Shown: positions 20,471-32,388, numbered from the stretch's first letter. The stretch is 64,000 nt of DNA from Saprospiraceae bacterium (GCA_029212405.1 JARGNR010000005.1:2621-66620); one strand, 5' to 3'. Numbers and translations: made by a program. The notes: a model not told the origin generated them from the sequence alone.

Positions 20471-20839
20471 ATGTAATGCCTATAAGCCGGATTCTGTACC
20501 CTGCTTAAACAAGGTCTCTATCATTTATCTCTTCTGTCTACCCCTTCCGATGTACGTGTACGTTGAGCGAGTAACTCTTCTCCTTTCGGAATCGAAATAT
20601 ACGTGACATTGCAGCTCACAAGGTTTATCCCTCTCTAATGTTGCCATTAGAAACCGTAGGCTCTTACCCTACATTTTCACCTTTTCCACTTTGTACAAAA
20701 TACAAAATGGTAGTTATTTTCTGCGACACTATCTATCTCCTGCATACTGCAAGAGTCCATTCGTTAAATGGTGTGATCCTCTACGCTGTCCGGACTTTCC
20801 TCTACTCCATTGAGTAGCGATAGAGCGGCATTACGCTGC
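20471..20839 (-). ncRNA. rnpB: RNase P RNA, bacterial type A
   Basis: The minus strand carries the universal blocks GAGGAAAGUCCGGAC (reverse complement of ctgtccggactttcctc near 20790-20810), GGUAAGAGC, and ACAGAAUCCGGCUUAU (near 20481-20497). The P1 helix pairs GUAAUGCC with GGCAUUAC at the two ends. The region is ORF-free and more GC-rich than its flanks. Ends are accurate to about 5 nt. Confidence 0.9.
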
Positions 20840-21033
20840 AAAACTAAACAAAATATTTCATTCATACTGTTGTTGCTTTTATAACCACTTTTGCTATTTC
20901 TTTTCTTTTTAAATCCATTCACTGGCCAATATCAGGTAAAGTTTTAAACCAAAAAGAAAAATAGCTTTACATTAAGATTAAATTTAATATGTAAATACCT
21001 ATTTTTAAGCCTGAAAGAAATTCTAGTAGGCTA

Positions 21034-24000
21034 TTGAGTAATAAAAACACTAATCGAGCTAATTATTTAATATTAGTTTCAAGCATTCTATCCTTGATCA
21101 TTGCATTTGGTATAGGGTATTGTACATATCAAAACAATCAAAATTTAAACGTTTCTACAGAGCTTGAGCGTTATCTGGAAACAGAGTTTACAAAAGTAAA
21201 ATCTCTTATCGCTACTTCTCATCCTTCCGAATTGGATTTCACAAAGTTGGACCCTTCTATTTACGATGTCTTAATACAAAAGGAAGACAGTTCTATTTAC
21301 TGGAACAACTACCTTACTTCACTCGAAAATATATTCATCAGCACCCATGATTATATCTTAAAATATAAGGATAAAAAAGGGGCATACACAAAAATGATTG
21401 GCTTGGATTTAAGTCCTTACGGCAAAGCTACTGAACTATTAAAAAATAGATTTCAATTGTCTCTAATTCAAGAATCAAATACCTCTCACAACTTCGCTAT
21501 CAATGATTATAAAAATCAACCTTTTAATTTTAAAATAGAAAACTTAAATCAGTTCTCTATTCCATTGGGTATTTCATTTTACTTTTATTTACTGGGGATT
21601 GCATTTCTTCTTGTAGCCTTGTTTCAACTTACATTTATTGCAAAAAAACTACGCCCATTACTATTTTTGGGGATTGCCTTAGCACTATGGTTTATTCAGA
21701 ATTATTTCTTTCTTCCCTTTTACCAAAACACCTATTTGGGTCGATTTGAAAATATGTATAGTAACATCAACCCAAGTCTTACCTATCTCTTGGCAAATTT
21801 GTGCTTTGTCACTTTATTCATCAATGCAATTAAAAAAACTCATTTTTTATCCAGGATAAATCCATGGTCAAGCAATATTTTAGCACCATTTATTGTCACT
21901 ACGAGTTTTATATATACCTGTTTTATAGCCAAAGGTTTTCTTTTTAGCGAGCCACTTCATTCATTTTATGGCGAATTAGTGCAGTATAAGCTTCAAGGAT
22001 TTATATTCATTCTTGCTTTTATCTATATTCTTGCTCTCCTATTCTATTTCTCTGTAGTCATATTTAACTCTGTCAACAAACTAGACAGTCAAATAAATAA
22101 ATACTTTAGCTGGGGGCTAGGATTAATCCTGACCTACCCAATTAGCATTTATTTTGATATTCAAATTCCACTATGGACGATTTACACCTTCATCATTTCA
22201 TATCTACTTATACTAGAATTGTATCTGGAAAATGAAGGGCGTCAAATTACCTATGCTTTTTGGTGGATTATTATTTTATCAGGATTTCTTGCGAGTATTA
22301 CCTTCTTTTATAGATTGCATGATGGCATTACCGCCCAAACTGAAAATATCAATAAACTCTATTCAAAACCTATCAAACTTCATTCGAAAGTGGTCGCTAA
22401 TATCGACTCCATTCTTCAAACTTCAGATGTATTCGAACAATTATCGGCTCTTTCCTTTCCATCCCGACTTGACAAGAATGACTTTGAAGATTATATTTCA
22501 AAGAAAATTTATCCTAGGAAACAAAATGGTCCAAATTTTAGAATTTCAATTGAGGCCACAGATAATCAAGGCGGCACCTTATTTAATAATCATTTTAGTA
22601 CATCCTATTCATATAGTCAAGCAATTGCAACTGCCAATAGAATCACTGAATACATCTATTATAATCCTTTTGACAATGCTTATTTTTTAGATTATTTTAT
22701 TGAAAATAAATCCTACAATGCATCTCCGTTAAAATTAAATGTAAAAATAGATTTCAATCGAAATGGTGACTTTGAGATTTTAGAACGATTAAATTATTTG
22801 ATTTTTAAAAACGATAAAGTTATTAAGAATCACCTCAACTTCAACACAGACATTTCAATTAATACCCTGAGAGATATTAATGAATCTAATATTGATGGAG
22901 ATATTTCTTACGCGGTGTACAAGCCAGACGACGAAGTTAAAATAGTGGCCTATAGTGAAATAGGAGGCCTCATTAAACCCATCTCTCTATTTTCATTCAT
23001 TGTGGGCTTGTCTGGCATTCTATTGTTTTTAGTCTCTCTTTTTAATACCCGACTCAAGTTTTTACCATCCGAGCTTGATTTAAAATTCTATGATACATCG
23101 TCATTACGAACTCGAATTCAATTGACTATTATCATGCTCATTGTCTTTTCATTTTTCATTATAGGGATCGTAACTGCTTTTTACTTTAAAAATGTATTGG
23201 AAAACAACAATCTAAATACACAACGAGATGAAGTAAGCAAAATATTAAACGATATTCAAACCAATAATGATGGTGTAGAAAATAACTATTTGGCTGCTTC
23301 CACACTTCAATCCAGAGTCAATGAAATGGCACACATCCATGATAAAAACTTAGTGTTTTTTGATCATACTGGTCAAATGCAAAAAGCAAGTTTTATTGTC
23401 CCTAAAATAAATAGAGTCCCTTTTGAAATATTGAGAAGTTTTGCTAATCCAGGTGGCAAAAAAAATACAAGAGCGTCACTTAATGACAACAAATATACCA
23501 TTGACTTTATTCCTGTTTACTATATAGGCAACAATCCATATGGGTATCTAGGGATCTCGTACAAGCCAATAAATAACTCCAATAGAAGCATCCGAGACTT
23601 CTTGAACACCATACTAAATGTATATATCTTTCTATTCTTAATCGCTGGAGCTTTGGCCATTGCGATAGGAAATTCGATTACCAAACCGCTTTCTATTTTA
23701 TCCAACAAGCTGAAGGATTTCAAATTAGGCAAATCTAATCAAGCTTTGAAATGGAATACAAAAGACGAAATCGGGAAATTGATTAACGAATATAACCTTC
23801 TTACAAAAAAACTGGATGAGAGCGTAAATATGCTTGCGAAAACAGAGAGAGATGGTGCATGGAGAGAAATGGCAAAACAAGTAGCACACGAAATTAAGAA
23901 TCCATTGACCCCCATGAAACTTAGCATTCAATATCTGGACAAAGCAATTCAAGCAAATCCAGACAATGCCCAAGATTTGATTAAAAGAGTATCTTCTACG

Positions 24001-24558
24001 TTGATCGAACAAATCAATAACCTCAATCAAATCGCAAATGAATTTTCGAATTTTGCAAAAATGCCCAAGGCTTCCAATGAAAAAATAATTATCAATGAAA
24101 TTGTGGAGGCCATACATGATCTGTTTAGAAAAAGGGAAGATATGGACATCCAAATGTCCGAACCAATTGATGATTTATATGTGTTTGCCGATCGTAATCA
24201 CCTAGTACGTATCTTAAATAACATTGTAAAAAATGCCATACAAGCTATTCCTACGGACAAAAAAGGAGTGATCAAAATGTCATTAACTAAAAGAGAAGAC
24301 ATCGTAATTATTTCTGTAAAAGATAATGGTACTGGAATCCCAGACGACATGAAAGAAAAAGTGTTTACGCCAAATTTCACCACGAAAAGCTCAGGTACGG
24401 GTTTAGGATTGGCAATTTCTGCTAATATGATAGAATCTTTTAATGGTCGAATCTATTTTGAAACGGAAGTTGGTATTGGTACAGAATTTTTCATTGAAAT
24501 TCCACTCATGCGCTTACAAGATAATTTCCCTGGACAAAATCGAGTCATGCTGGATTAA
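21034..24558 (+). CDS. large multi-pass membrane sensor histidine kinase (HAMP, HisKA, HATPase)
   Basis: TTG start. Many TM helices in the first roughly 430 aa and two more around residues 650-720. H-box AHEIKNPLTPM, N-box NIVKNAIQA, G-boxes DNGTGIP and GTGLGLA. Confidence 0.75.
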   Translation: MSNKNTNRANYLILVSSILSLIIAFGIGYCTYQNNQNLNVSTELERYLETEFTKVKSLIATSHPSELDFTKLDPSIYDVLIQKEDSSIYWNNYLTSLENIFISTHDYILKYKDKKGAYTKMIGLDLSPYGKATELLKNRFQLSLIQESNTSHNFAINDYKNQPFNFKIENLNQFSIPLGISFYFYLLGIAFLLVALFQLTFIAKKLRPLLFLGIALALWFIQNYFFLPFYQNTYLGRFENMYSNINPSLTYLLANLCFVTLFINAIKKTHFLSRINPWSSNILAPFIVTTSFIYTCFIAKGFLFSEPLHSFYGELVQYKLQGFIFILAFIYILALLFYFSVVIFNSVNKLDSQINKYFSWGLGLILTYPISIYFDIQIPLWTIYTFIISYLLILELYLENEGRQITYAFWWIIILSGFLASITFFYRLHDGITAQTENINKLYSKPIKLHSKVVANIDSILQTSDVFEQLSALSFPSRLDKNDFEDYISKKIYPRKQNGPNFRISIEATDNQGGTLFNNHFSTSYSYSQAIATANRITEYIYYNPFDNAYFLDYFIENKSYNASPLKLNVKIDFNRNGDFEILERLNYLIFKNDKVIKNHLNFNTDISINTLRDINESNIDGDISYAVYKPDDEVKIVAYSEIGGLIKPISLFSFIVGLSGILLFLVSLFNTRLKFLPSELDLKFYDTSSLRTRIQLTIIMLIVFSFFIIGIVTAFYFKNVLENNNLNTQRDEVSKILNDIQTNNDGVENNYLAASTLQSRVNEMAHIHDKNLVFFDHTGQMQKASFIVPKINRVPFEILRSFANPGGKKNTRASLNDNKYTIDFIPVYYIGNNPYGYLGISYKPINNSNRSIRDFLNTILNVYIFLFLIAGALAIAIGNSITKPLSILSNKLKDFKLGKSNQALKWNTKDEIGKLINEYNLLTKKLDESVNMLAKTERDGAWREMAKQVAHEIKNPLTPMKLSIQYLDKAIQANPDNAQDLIKRVSSTLIEQINNLNQIANEFSNFAKMPKASNEKIIINEIVEAIHDLFRKREDMDIQMSEPIDDLYVFADRNHLVRILNNIVKNAIQAIPTDKKGVIKMSLTKREDIVIISVKDNGTGIPDDMKEKVFTPNFTTKSSGTGLGLAISANMIESFNGRIYFETEVGIGTEFFIEIPLMRLQDNFPGQNRVMLD

Positions 24559-24649
24559 TTATGGACTTCTATACCTAAACAAAAAACAAAAACTGTATAG
24601 TGACTGTTCCAATAATACATTAACTTTACACAAACAGTAGTTTAGAAAT

Positions 24650-25144
24650 ATGTCATCAGTAGTCCTTTATACAATAACAATTTTTGCCACCGCATTTTTG
24701 ATGGAATTTGTGGCATATTTTAGTCACAAATATCTTATGCACGGTTGGCTTTGGTCTTGGCATGAAGACCACCACAATCCAAAAATGAAAGAAGGTTTCT
24801 TTGAGAAAAACGATCTTTTCTTTCTTGTTTTTGCCATTCCGAGTATGGCCTGCTATTTTTTAGGTTCGTTTGTACCTTCGTTAAGAATACTATTTTTTGT
24901 AGGAATTGGAATTAGTATCTATGGACTCATCTACTTCCTTATCCATGATGTGTATATTCACCAAAGATTCAAATGGTTTAGACAGTTGGATTCTAAGTAC
25001 AGTAGAGCCATCCTAAGGGCCCATGGTGACCATCATAGCGTAACTATCAAAGAAGGAGCTACTTCGTTTGGATTATTAATCGTTGCAAACAAATATTTCA
25101 AGAAAAGATCCGCTTGGAAAAAGGAAAAATCCTTAAATAAATAG
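24650..25144 (+). CDS. crtZ: beta-carotene 3-hydroxylase (fatty-acid hydroxylase superfamily)
   Basis: His boxes HKYLMHGWLWSWHEDHH, IHDVYIHQR and HGDHH. About 160 aa with TM helices, as in CrtZ. Confidence 0.8.
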   Translation: MSSVVLYTITIFATAFLMEFVAYFSHKYLMHGWLWSWHEDHHNPKMKEGFFEKNDLFFLVFAIPSMACYFLGSFVPSLRILFFVGIGISIYGLIYFLIHDVYIHQRFKWFRQLDSKYSRAILRAHGDHHSVTIKEGATSFGLLIVANKYFKKRSAWKKEKSLNK

Positions 25145-25237
25145 TGGAATTCCCTTAATCTTACTCCGCCGAAGGCCCTGTATTGTGTAATCAATTTTTT
25201 TTTGATTACTTTAGGTGAAATTCTAACTTAAAACTAA

Positions 25238-27118
25238 ATGGACCTTCTTAAAAAAACACTCATTGTAAGTGCAATAGCGCTTTCCCCCTTCATCCTATAT
25301 TCTCAAGTGGTTTTTCAAGAAGTCTCCTCATTAAATGGACTAGATTTCGATTTTGTCGAATCTTTGAAAATGGGAGGAGGTGCAGCATCATTTGATTTTG
25401 ACAATGATGGCGATGAAGACATATACGTAGTTGGAGGCATGAGTTCAGATGGCCTATTTCAAAACGATGGCGCAGGCAATTTCACAAACATTAGTGCTAT
25501 AACAAAGATCCAAGAAGTCACGTCAAATATAATGACTACATCTGTAGTTACGGGGGATATTAACAACGATGGATATAGAGAAATTTTTGTTGGTACAATC
25601 GGGACCAGTAATTCACTATTTGACAATTTACAACCTAATCTGTTGTTGCAATATAACCCTGCAACAGGATTATACTCCAATATCGCACAAAGTGCTCTAC
25701 TAGAGGATGCCTCTTTTTGCATGGGAGCTCATTTTTTTGACTCCAATCAAGATGGATATTTAGACCTTTATATTTCAAATTATGTCAAAGAACCCTCGCT
25801 CATTGTGGAAGGCTCCACCGTCGTGGGCTTCGATCACATTTGTCATCCAAATAAATTATTTATAAATACCGGTAATGGGACATTTATTGATCGATCAAGC
25901 TTTTTTAATCTAGAACAAATTGGCTGTACATTGGCAGCGACTTCTTCTGATTTAGATGGCGATAATGACCCAGACTTGATCGTTGCCAATGATTTTGGAA
26001 AGTGGATTACCCCTAATCAATTATTTCAAAACGAAGGCGCATCTGCCCCATTTAATAATATTAGTGAATCATCCAATACCAATGCAAAAATGTATGGAAT
26101 GGGCATAGGTGTAGGAGATTTTGATGAAGATTTAGACATGGATTTTTATGTAACAAACATTGGAGAGAATTTTTTCTTCATGAATGAAGGAGACATGCTA
26201 TTTTCGAATATAGCTCCAGATTTGGGAATCCAAAATTCTACGACTCCGAATGGGTATAATACAACTGGTTGGGGAGCAATTCTAGAGGATTTCAACAATG
26301 ATTCATATATTGATATTTTTGTATCGAATGGGTATGTCTACTCAGCTGTAGATATCGATGATGAAGAACAAATGGATGAACTATACCTAGGATCATCTGA
26401 TTTAACTTTTGATCCAATAGGAGCTGCATCTGGCATCACTAATTTAGCACCTTCAAGAGGAGCTCTTTATGGAGATTGGAATAAAGATGGTCTTTTGGAT
26501 ATCATTACAATTATAAATGAAGACTTATTTGGTACAGGTCAAAATTCTATCGCCTATTATGAAAATCAATCTCAACAGTTCAATTGGGTAGGATTCAAAT
26601 TAAAAGGAATAACATCTAACTTTGATGCCTACGGGGCAAAAGCCTATTTACATGCCGCGGATCGAACTTTTTTACGAGAATTACGAGGAGGTGACAGTCA
26701 TGCCAGTCAAAACAGTTCACTATTACATTTTGGACTGCATACCATAGATCAAATAGACTCTTTAGTAGTTATTTGGCCTAGTGGCATGCAAAACACCTAT
26801 ACTGAATTAGAAATTAATCAATATCATTCCTTGACGGAAAAGACACCCACTTCTACCTTTGAAAACCAAAGCTTAAATGAAGTTACAATATTCCCTAATC
26901 CTGCAGATCAATATTTAACCGTTCAAAGTAGCACATATAATACTTCAAGATTAGATCTACTTCTAATTAATTCAACGGGTAAACTGGTTTTGAAAACACA
27001 CATTAAAAATCCGTATAAAAAAATTGATATTTCACATTTGACAAGCGGAATATACACTTTAGTGTGTACATCTGCTTCTCATACAAGTACCCATAAAATT
27101 TCTATAATTACACCTTAA
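25238..27118 (+). CDS. CRTAC1-family FG-GAP/VCBS repeat protein with ASPIC/UnbV domain and T9SS C-terminal sorting domain
   Basis: Signal peptide. Repeated D.D.DGD.D motifs. UnbV-like RELRGGDSHASQNSSLLHFGL. C-terminal TIFPNPADQYLTVQ...GIYTLV sorting domain. Confidence 0.75.
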   Translation: MDLLKKTLIVSAIALSPFILYSQVVFQEVSSLNGLDFDFVESLKMGGGAASFDFDNDGDEDIYVVGGMSSDGLFQNDGAGNFTNISAITKIQEVTSNIMTTSVVTGDINNDGYREIFVGTIGTSNSLFDNLQPNLLLQYNPATGLYSNIAQSALLEDASFCMGAHFFDSNQDGYLDLYISNYVKEPSLIVEGSTVVGFDHICHPNKLFINTGNGTFIDRSSFFNLEQIGCTLAATSSDLDGDNDPDLIVANDFGKWITPNQLFQNEGASAPFNNISESSNTNAKMYGMGIGVGDFDEDLDMDFYVTNIGENFFFMNEGDMLFSNIAPDLGIQNSTTPNGYNTTGWGAILEDFNNDSYIDIFVSNGYVYSAVDIDDEEQMDELYLGSSDLTFDPIGAASGITNLAPSRGALYGDWNKDGLLDIITIINEDLFGTGQNSIAYYENQSQQFNWVGFKLKGITSNFDAYGAKAYLHAADRTFLRELRGGDSHASQNSSLLHFGLHTIDQIDSLVVIWPSGMQNTYTELEINQYHSLTEKTPTSTFENQSLNEVTIFPNPADQYLTVQSSTYNTSRLDLLLINSTGKLVLKTHIKNPYKKIDISHLTSGIYTLVCTSASHTSTHKISIITP

Positions 27119-27127
27119 TTTACAATC

Positions 27128-28612
27128 ATGAAACAAATTTATTTTCTTTTCTTATTCATCTCCTCTGGCTTATTTGCCAATAACATTGAGGTATCCAATA
27201 TTAGCTTAACGGATCAAAATACCGATGATAATTACACATTAGTCCAATTTGACCTTTCTTGGGAGAACTCCTGGAGAATTAGCTCAGGACCCTCAAATTA
27301 TGATGGAGCATGGGTCTTTATTAAATTTAAAGAGAATAGTGGAAACTGGGAACATGGTACAATAAATTATGTTGATGGCACAGCTGCAAGTGATGGCCAT
27401 ACAGAGGCAACGGGTTCCACCATTACAACCACATCTGATGGGATTGGCGTATTCGTATATAGAAACGCAGATGGAAATGGGGATGTAAACTTCACTGAAA
27501 TTCAATTAAGATGGAACTATGGAATAGACAATGTAGGTGACAATTCAATTGTTGATGTTCAAGTTTATGCCATAGAAATGGTCTATATTCCAGAAGGCAC
27601 ATACCCTTTAGGCTCGACATCAAGTGGTTCCGAAATTGATAATTTCTATTCAAATACTGGTGTTTTTGGTTTTCAGAGTACCTACAGTGTTACATCTGAA
27701 GACGCCATTACGATTAGTAATGCAGTTGGAGAATTATATTATGACATGACTGCTTTTGAAAACGCAGGCGATCAATTAGGTCCAATTCCAGCTGATTTCC
27801 CAAAAGGCTTTGCTGCGTTTTGGAGTATGAAATATGAATTATCCGAAGATCAATGGATCTGTTTTTTTAATTCTTTGACAGAAACACAAAAAAGTAATCG
27901 GGATGTCACTGACCCTAATCACAAGAATTCAGATGCAGTCGTTTCAAGAAATACAATTGCCTATACTACCGGAAATGCCACTACAAGTGCACCTGCTAGA
28001 GCGATCAACTTTTTGTCTTACGAAGATAATGCTGCTTATTATGATTGGGTAGGTTTACGATTTATGACAGAAATGGAATATGAAAAATCGGCAAAAGGTC
28101 CAAATCATATCTTGAACATGCTTGCCTCTGGAAGTACCACAGCTTATGATCAACTCTACACTATTACAAATGATGGTGCAGAAAATGCTACGATTAGTAA
28201 TCCAGGCGAAGACATCGCTAATATATGTTATAATACTACTGATCCAGGTGGCCCAGTGAGAGTGGGTATTTTTGCTGCTAGTGCTCTAAATCCTAGTAGA
28301 ATCGAAACAGGTGGAAGCTATTATGGAGTTATGGAGCTCAGCGGAAATCTATACGAAAGAGTTATTAGTGTTGGCTCTCCAATAAATCGAGCATATACTG
28401 GAAATCATGGAGATGGAGAATTATTATCCAGTGGGAATCATAATGTACTTGATTGGCCAGCTGTAGGTTCAGAAGGAGCTACTGCCTATAGAGGCGGTTG
28501 TTGGATAAACACACTTGCACTGTGTCAAGTGGCAGATAGAACTTCGGCTACGATATTAAGTTCAATTACCAATTCACGTATTGGAGCACGTGGTGGAAGA
28601 ACTGCAGAATAA
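27128..28612 (+). CDS. secreted FGE-sulfatase (SUMF1/EgtB/GldJ-like) domain protein
   Basis: Signal peptide. FGE-type motifs GLRFMTEMEYEKSAKG, YGVMELSGNLYERV and YRGGCW. Confidence 0.65.
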   Translation: MKQIYFLFLFISSGLFANNIEVSNISLTDQNTDDNYTLVQFDLSWENSWRISSGPSNYDGAWVFIKFKENSGNWEHGTINYVDGTAASDGHTEATGSTITTTSDGIGVFVYRNADGNGDVNFTEIQLRWNYGIDNVGDNSIVDVQVYAIEMVYIPEGTYPLGSTSSGSEIDNFYSNTGVFGFQSTYSVTSEDAITISNAVGELYYDMTAFENAGDQLGPIPADFPKGFAAFWSMKYELSEDQWICFFNSLTETQKSNRDVTDPNHKNSDAVVSRNTIAYTTGNATTSAPARAINFLSYEDNAAYYDWVGLRFMTEMEYEKSAKGPNHILNMLASGSTTAYDQLYTITNDGAENATISNPGEDIANICYNTTDPGGPVRVGIFAASALNPSRIETGGSYYGVMELSGNLYERVISVGSPINRAYTGNHGDGELLSSGNHNVLDWPAVGSEGATAYRGGCWINTLALCQVADRTSATILSSITNSRIGARGGRTAE

Positions 28613-28613
28613 A

Positions 28614-29741
28614 ATGGCCAAGTTATCTAGAATTAATATAGGACACATTGCTATTCTAGTAATGCTTTACAGCACATCTGCTTTTTCACAATTCGAAGGA
28701 GGAGAAGGAGATGGTGCTCAAAAAAGTAGTATAATTCAAATTACTTTGAATGGTGAACAAATCAATCCAACTGCGCTCTATAGGGGTGGAAATGGTGATG
28801 GAGCAGATAAATCATTGACTGCAGTTTCTTTAAATGGAGATCTATTGGCTTACTTATACAGTGGTGGAAATGGTGATGGAAATTCTAAAGAAGAATTTGA
28901 AGGCACATTACAAGGCAATGAAATATTCCCTATGTATCTTGGTGGAATAGGGGATGGCAATAATAAGAATGGTAATGTAACCACACTGGATGGGAACGAA
29001 ATCAGTACTCTATATTTGGGAGGCGATGGAGATGGGCAGGATAAAAGCTCATATATTGGGGTTTTGGATGGCCAAGAACTTGCTCAAATGTATAGAGGTG
29101 GAGCAGGAGACGGCGCAAGTAAATTAGTCACCACTGTTTTATTAGATGGACAACTTTTGAGTCAACTATTTCAAGGAGGCAATGGTGATGGAGCAACCAA
29201 GAATAAATATGAAGGCTTATTGGATGGTGTTATGCTGTCCAGTCTATACATGGGAGGAAATGGAGATGGATTTTCTAAACATATGATCCAATACATCTTT
29301 GACTTCCCTGGATGTACTTTCGTAGTAAACACAGATGATGATGGTTTCGGATCTCTTCGATATGCTATCGATTGTGCTGCACCTGGAGACACCATAGACT
29401 TCAGTCCACTACTTTTACAAGATTCCATTGTATTAACTTCAGGAAACCTTGATATCACAAAAGATATTTTCGTAAATGGGATTAAAACAGCTGAATTGAC
29501 CGTTGATGCAAGTCAAGTCTCAAGAGTTATGAATGTAGGTCTAAACACCATTGTTACAATAAAAGGATTAAAGCTTATTGTTGGGGGGCAAGTATCTGGA
29601 GGCGCTGCACTAAATAGTGGAATCTTAACCTTCGTTGACATAGACATTTATGATCCTGCAAATACAGCTACATCTGTAATACAAAATACAATAAGTGGTT
29701 CACTCACAATACGTGGCCTTGTAACTATACAGGAAAATTAG
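28614..29741 (+). CDS. secreted repeat protein: eight GGxGDGxxK repeats plus a C-terminal beta-helix (CSLREA-like) module
   Basis: Start re-called to MAKLSRINIGHIAILVMLYSTSAFSQ (ATG at 28614, 1 nt after the upstream stop). Repeats were read directly from the translation. Confidence 0.6.
   Translation: MAKLSRINIGHIAILVMLYSTSAFSQFEGGEGDGAQKSSIIQITLNGEQINPTALYRGGNGDGADKSLTAVSLNGDLLAYLYSGGNGDGNSKEEFEGTLQGNEIFPMYLGGIGDGNNKNGNVTTLDGNEISTLYLGGDGDGQDKSSYIGVLDGQELAQMYRGGAGDGASKLVTTVLLDGQLLSQLFQGGNGDGATKNKYEGLLDGVMLSSLYMGGNGDGFSKHMIQYIFDFPGCTFVVNTDDDGFGSLRYAIDCAAPGDTIDFSPLLLQDSIVLTSGNLDITKDIFVNGIKTAELTVDASQVSRVMNVGLNTIVTIKGLKLIVGGQVSGGAALNSGILTFVDIDIYDPANTATSVIQNTISGSLTIRGLVTIQEN
28692..29283 (+). repeat. 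eight tandem ~26-aa coding repeats, consensus [YF]xGGxGDGxxK-x7-LxGxxLxxL
   Basis: The eight repeat cores are FEGGEGDGAQK, YRGGNGDGADK, YSGGNGDGNSK, YLGGIGDGNNK, YLGGDGDGQDK, YRGGAGDGASK, FQGGNGDGATK and YMGGNGDGFSK. Confidence 0.85.
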
Positions 29742-29786
29742 AAGAACCTTTTAAATTGGCTTGCCTTTAAAATCTAAGCTTATTAT

Positions 29787-29820
29787 AAAAAAATGGTGTG
29801 TAAACTCTCGTTTACACACC
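29787..29820 (-). terminator. rho-independent terminator of sucD; the hairpin may also stop the convergent plus-strand operon
   Basis: Perfect 11-bp stem ggtgtgtaaac / gtttacacacc with loop tctc. The A-run on the plus strand gives a T-run after the hairpin on the minus-strand transcript. Confidence 0.7.
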
Positions 29821-29862
29821 AAATCTTTCGTTTAATATTGATAGTTAGTCTTCTCAAAAATT

Positions 29863-30738
29863 TTATTTCCCAAGTGCCTTCAACATGGTCTCGCCAATTT
29901 CTGCTGGCGAATTCACAACGTGAATTCCATGTTCGCCCATGATTCTCATTTTAGCCTCTGCGGTATCATCTTCGCCTCCTACTATTGCACCAGCATGCCC
30001 CATCGTTCTTCCCTTAGGAGCTGTTTGACCTGCAATAAACCCAACAACAGGTTTCTTGTTTCCAGTAGAGCTGATATACTCTGCTGCAAGCGCTTCATAG
30101 TTACCACCGATCTCACCAATCATTACAATAGCATCCGTTTCTGGATCTTCCATTAGCAACTTTACCGCCTCTCTCGTAGGAGTTCCTACAATAGGATCTC
30201 CACCAATTCCAATAGCTGTAGAAATTCCAAGACCAGCTTTTACTATTTGGTCAGCAGCCTCATATGTTAACGTTCCTGATTTGGAAACAATACCTATTCT
30301 ACCTTTTTTAAAGACAAACCCCGGCATAATTCCCACTTTCGCTTCGTCTGGTGTAATAACTCCAGGACAATTAGGTCCTACTAATGTGCAGTCATATTTT
30401 TCCAAATATGCTTTCACTTTCACCATATCTTGAACAGGGATTCCTTCCGTAATACAAATGATTACTTTGATACCTGCTTCTGCTGCTTCCATTACTGCAT
30501 CTCCTGCAAATCTAGGAGGTACAAATATTATACTTGTATCAGCACCTACCTTTTGTACCGCTTCGGATACAGAATTAAATACTGGCTTTCCTAAATGCTC
30601 TTGTCCACCTTTACCAGGTGTTACTCCTCCAACAACGTTGGTTTTATAATCAATCATTTGACCAGCGTGAAAACTTCCTTCTTTCCCAGTAAATCCTTGA
30701 ACTATAATTTTCGAGTCTTTATTGACTAATACACTCAT
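29863..30738 (-). CDS. sucD: succinate--CoA ligase subunit alpha
   Basis: 291 aa. [22 protein letters not shown] and the phospho-His loop MGHAGAIV. Confidence 0.95.
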   Translation of the reverse strand: MSVLVNKDSKIIVQGFTGKEGSFHAGQMIDYKTNVVGGVTPGKGGQEHLGKPVFNSVSEAVQKVGADTSIIFVPPRFAGDAVMEAAEAGIKVIICITEGIPVQDMVKVKAYLEKYDCTLVGPNCPGVITPDEAKVGIMPGFVFKKGRIGIVSKSGTLTYEAADQIVKAGLGISTAIGIGGDPIVGTPTREAVKLLMEDPETDAIVMIGEIGGNYEALAAEYISSTGNKKPVVGFIAGQTAPKGRTMGHAGAIVGGEDDTAEAKMRIMGEHGIHVVNSPAEIGETMLKALGK

Positions 30739-30740
30739 TT

Positions 30741-31052
30741 TTACTTTTTTTCTATTACAATTACATCTTCATTTTCCTTATGCATGAGGTATTTTTCTCT
30801 TGCATATTTCTCCTTATTTTCCTCGATTTCTTTCTTTTCCGCTAAAGCTTCAACAATTTTTTCTTCGTATTCTGCTTTTGTAGCTTCAAGATTTGCAATG
30901 TTATCCTTCAAATTTATATTTGTCGGAATCCCATTCTTATCGAAAAATAACATCCACACTAAAAAAGCAAATGTCACAACAACATACTTGTTCAATAATG
31001 AAGATTTTGAAAAGGTGAAATAGGATGATTGTAGTTTTCCTTTCTTACCCAT
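30741..31052 (-). CDS. septum formation initiator family protein (FtsB/DivIC-like)
   Basis: 103 aa with one N-terminal TM segment followed by a coiled coil. Sits directly downstream of eno. Confidence 0.6.
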   Translation of the reverse strand: MGKKGKLQSSYFTFSKSSLLNKYVVVTFAFLVWMLFFDKNGIPTNINLKDNIANLEATKAEYEEKIVEALAEKKEIEENKEKYAREKYLMHKENEDVIVIEKK

Positions 31053-31095
31053 AAGATTGTAGTTTTCTTAAATAAAGGTAAATATACAAAATTGA

Positions 31096-32388
<1,293 letters not shown>

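Noticed and set aside
22232-22690. 152-aa ORF in another frame inside the histidine kinase gene
   Set aside because: It is a same-strand alternative frame within a long, continuous and motif-supported CDS.
24650-25144. crtZ as part of a carotenoid biosynthesis cluster
   Set aside because: No crtB, crtI or crtY genes are in the window and the flanking genes are unrelated. It appears to be a stand-alone gene here.
28692-29283. GGxGDG repeats as RTX (hemolysin-type) calcium-binding nonapeptides
   Set aside because: The RTX consensus GGxGxDxUx does not fit. Here Asp is at position 5 and the period is about 26 aa, not 9. The repeats are kept as an unclassified family.
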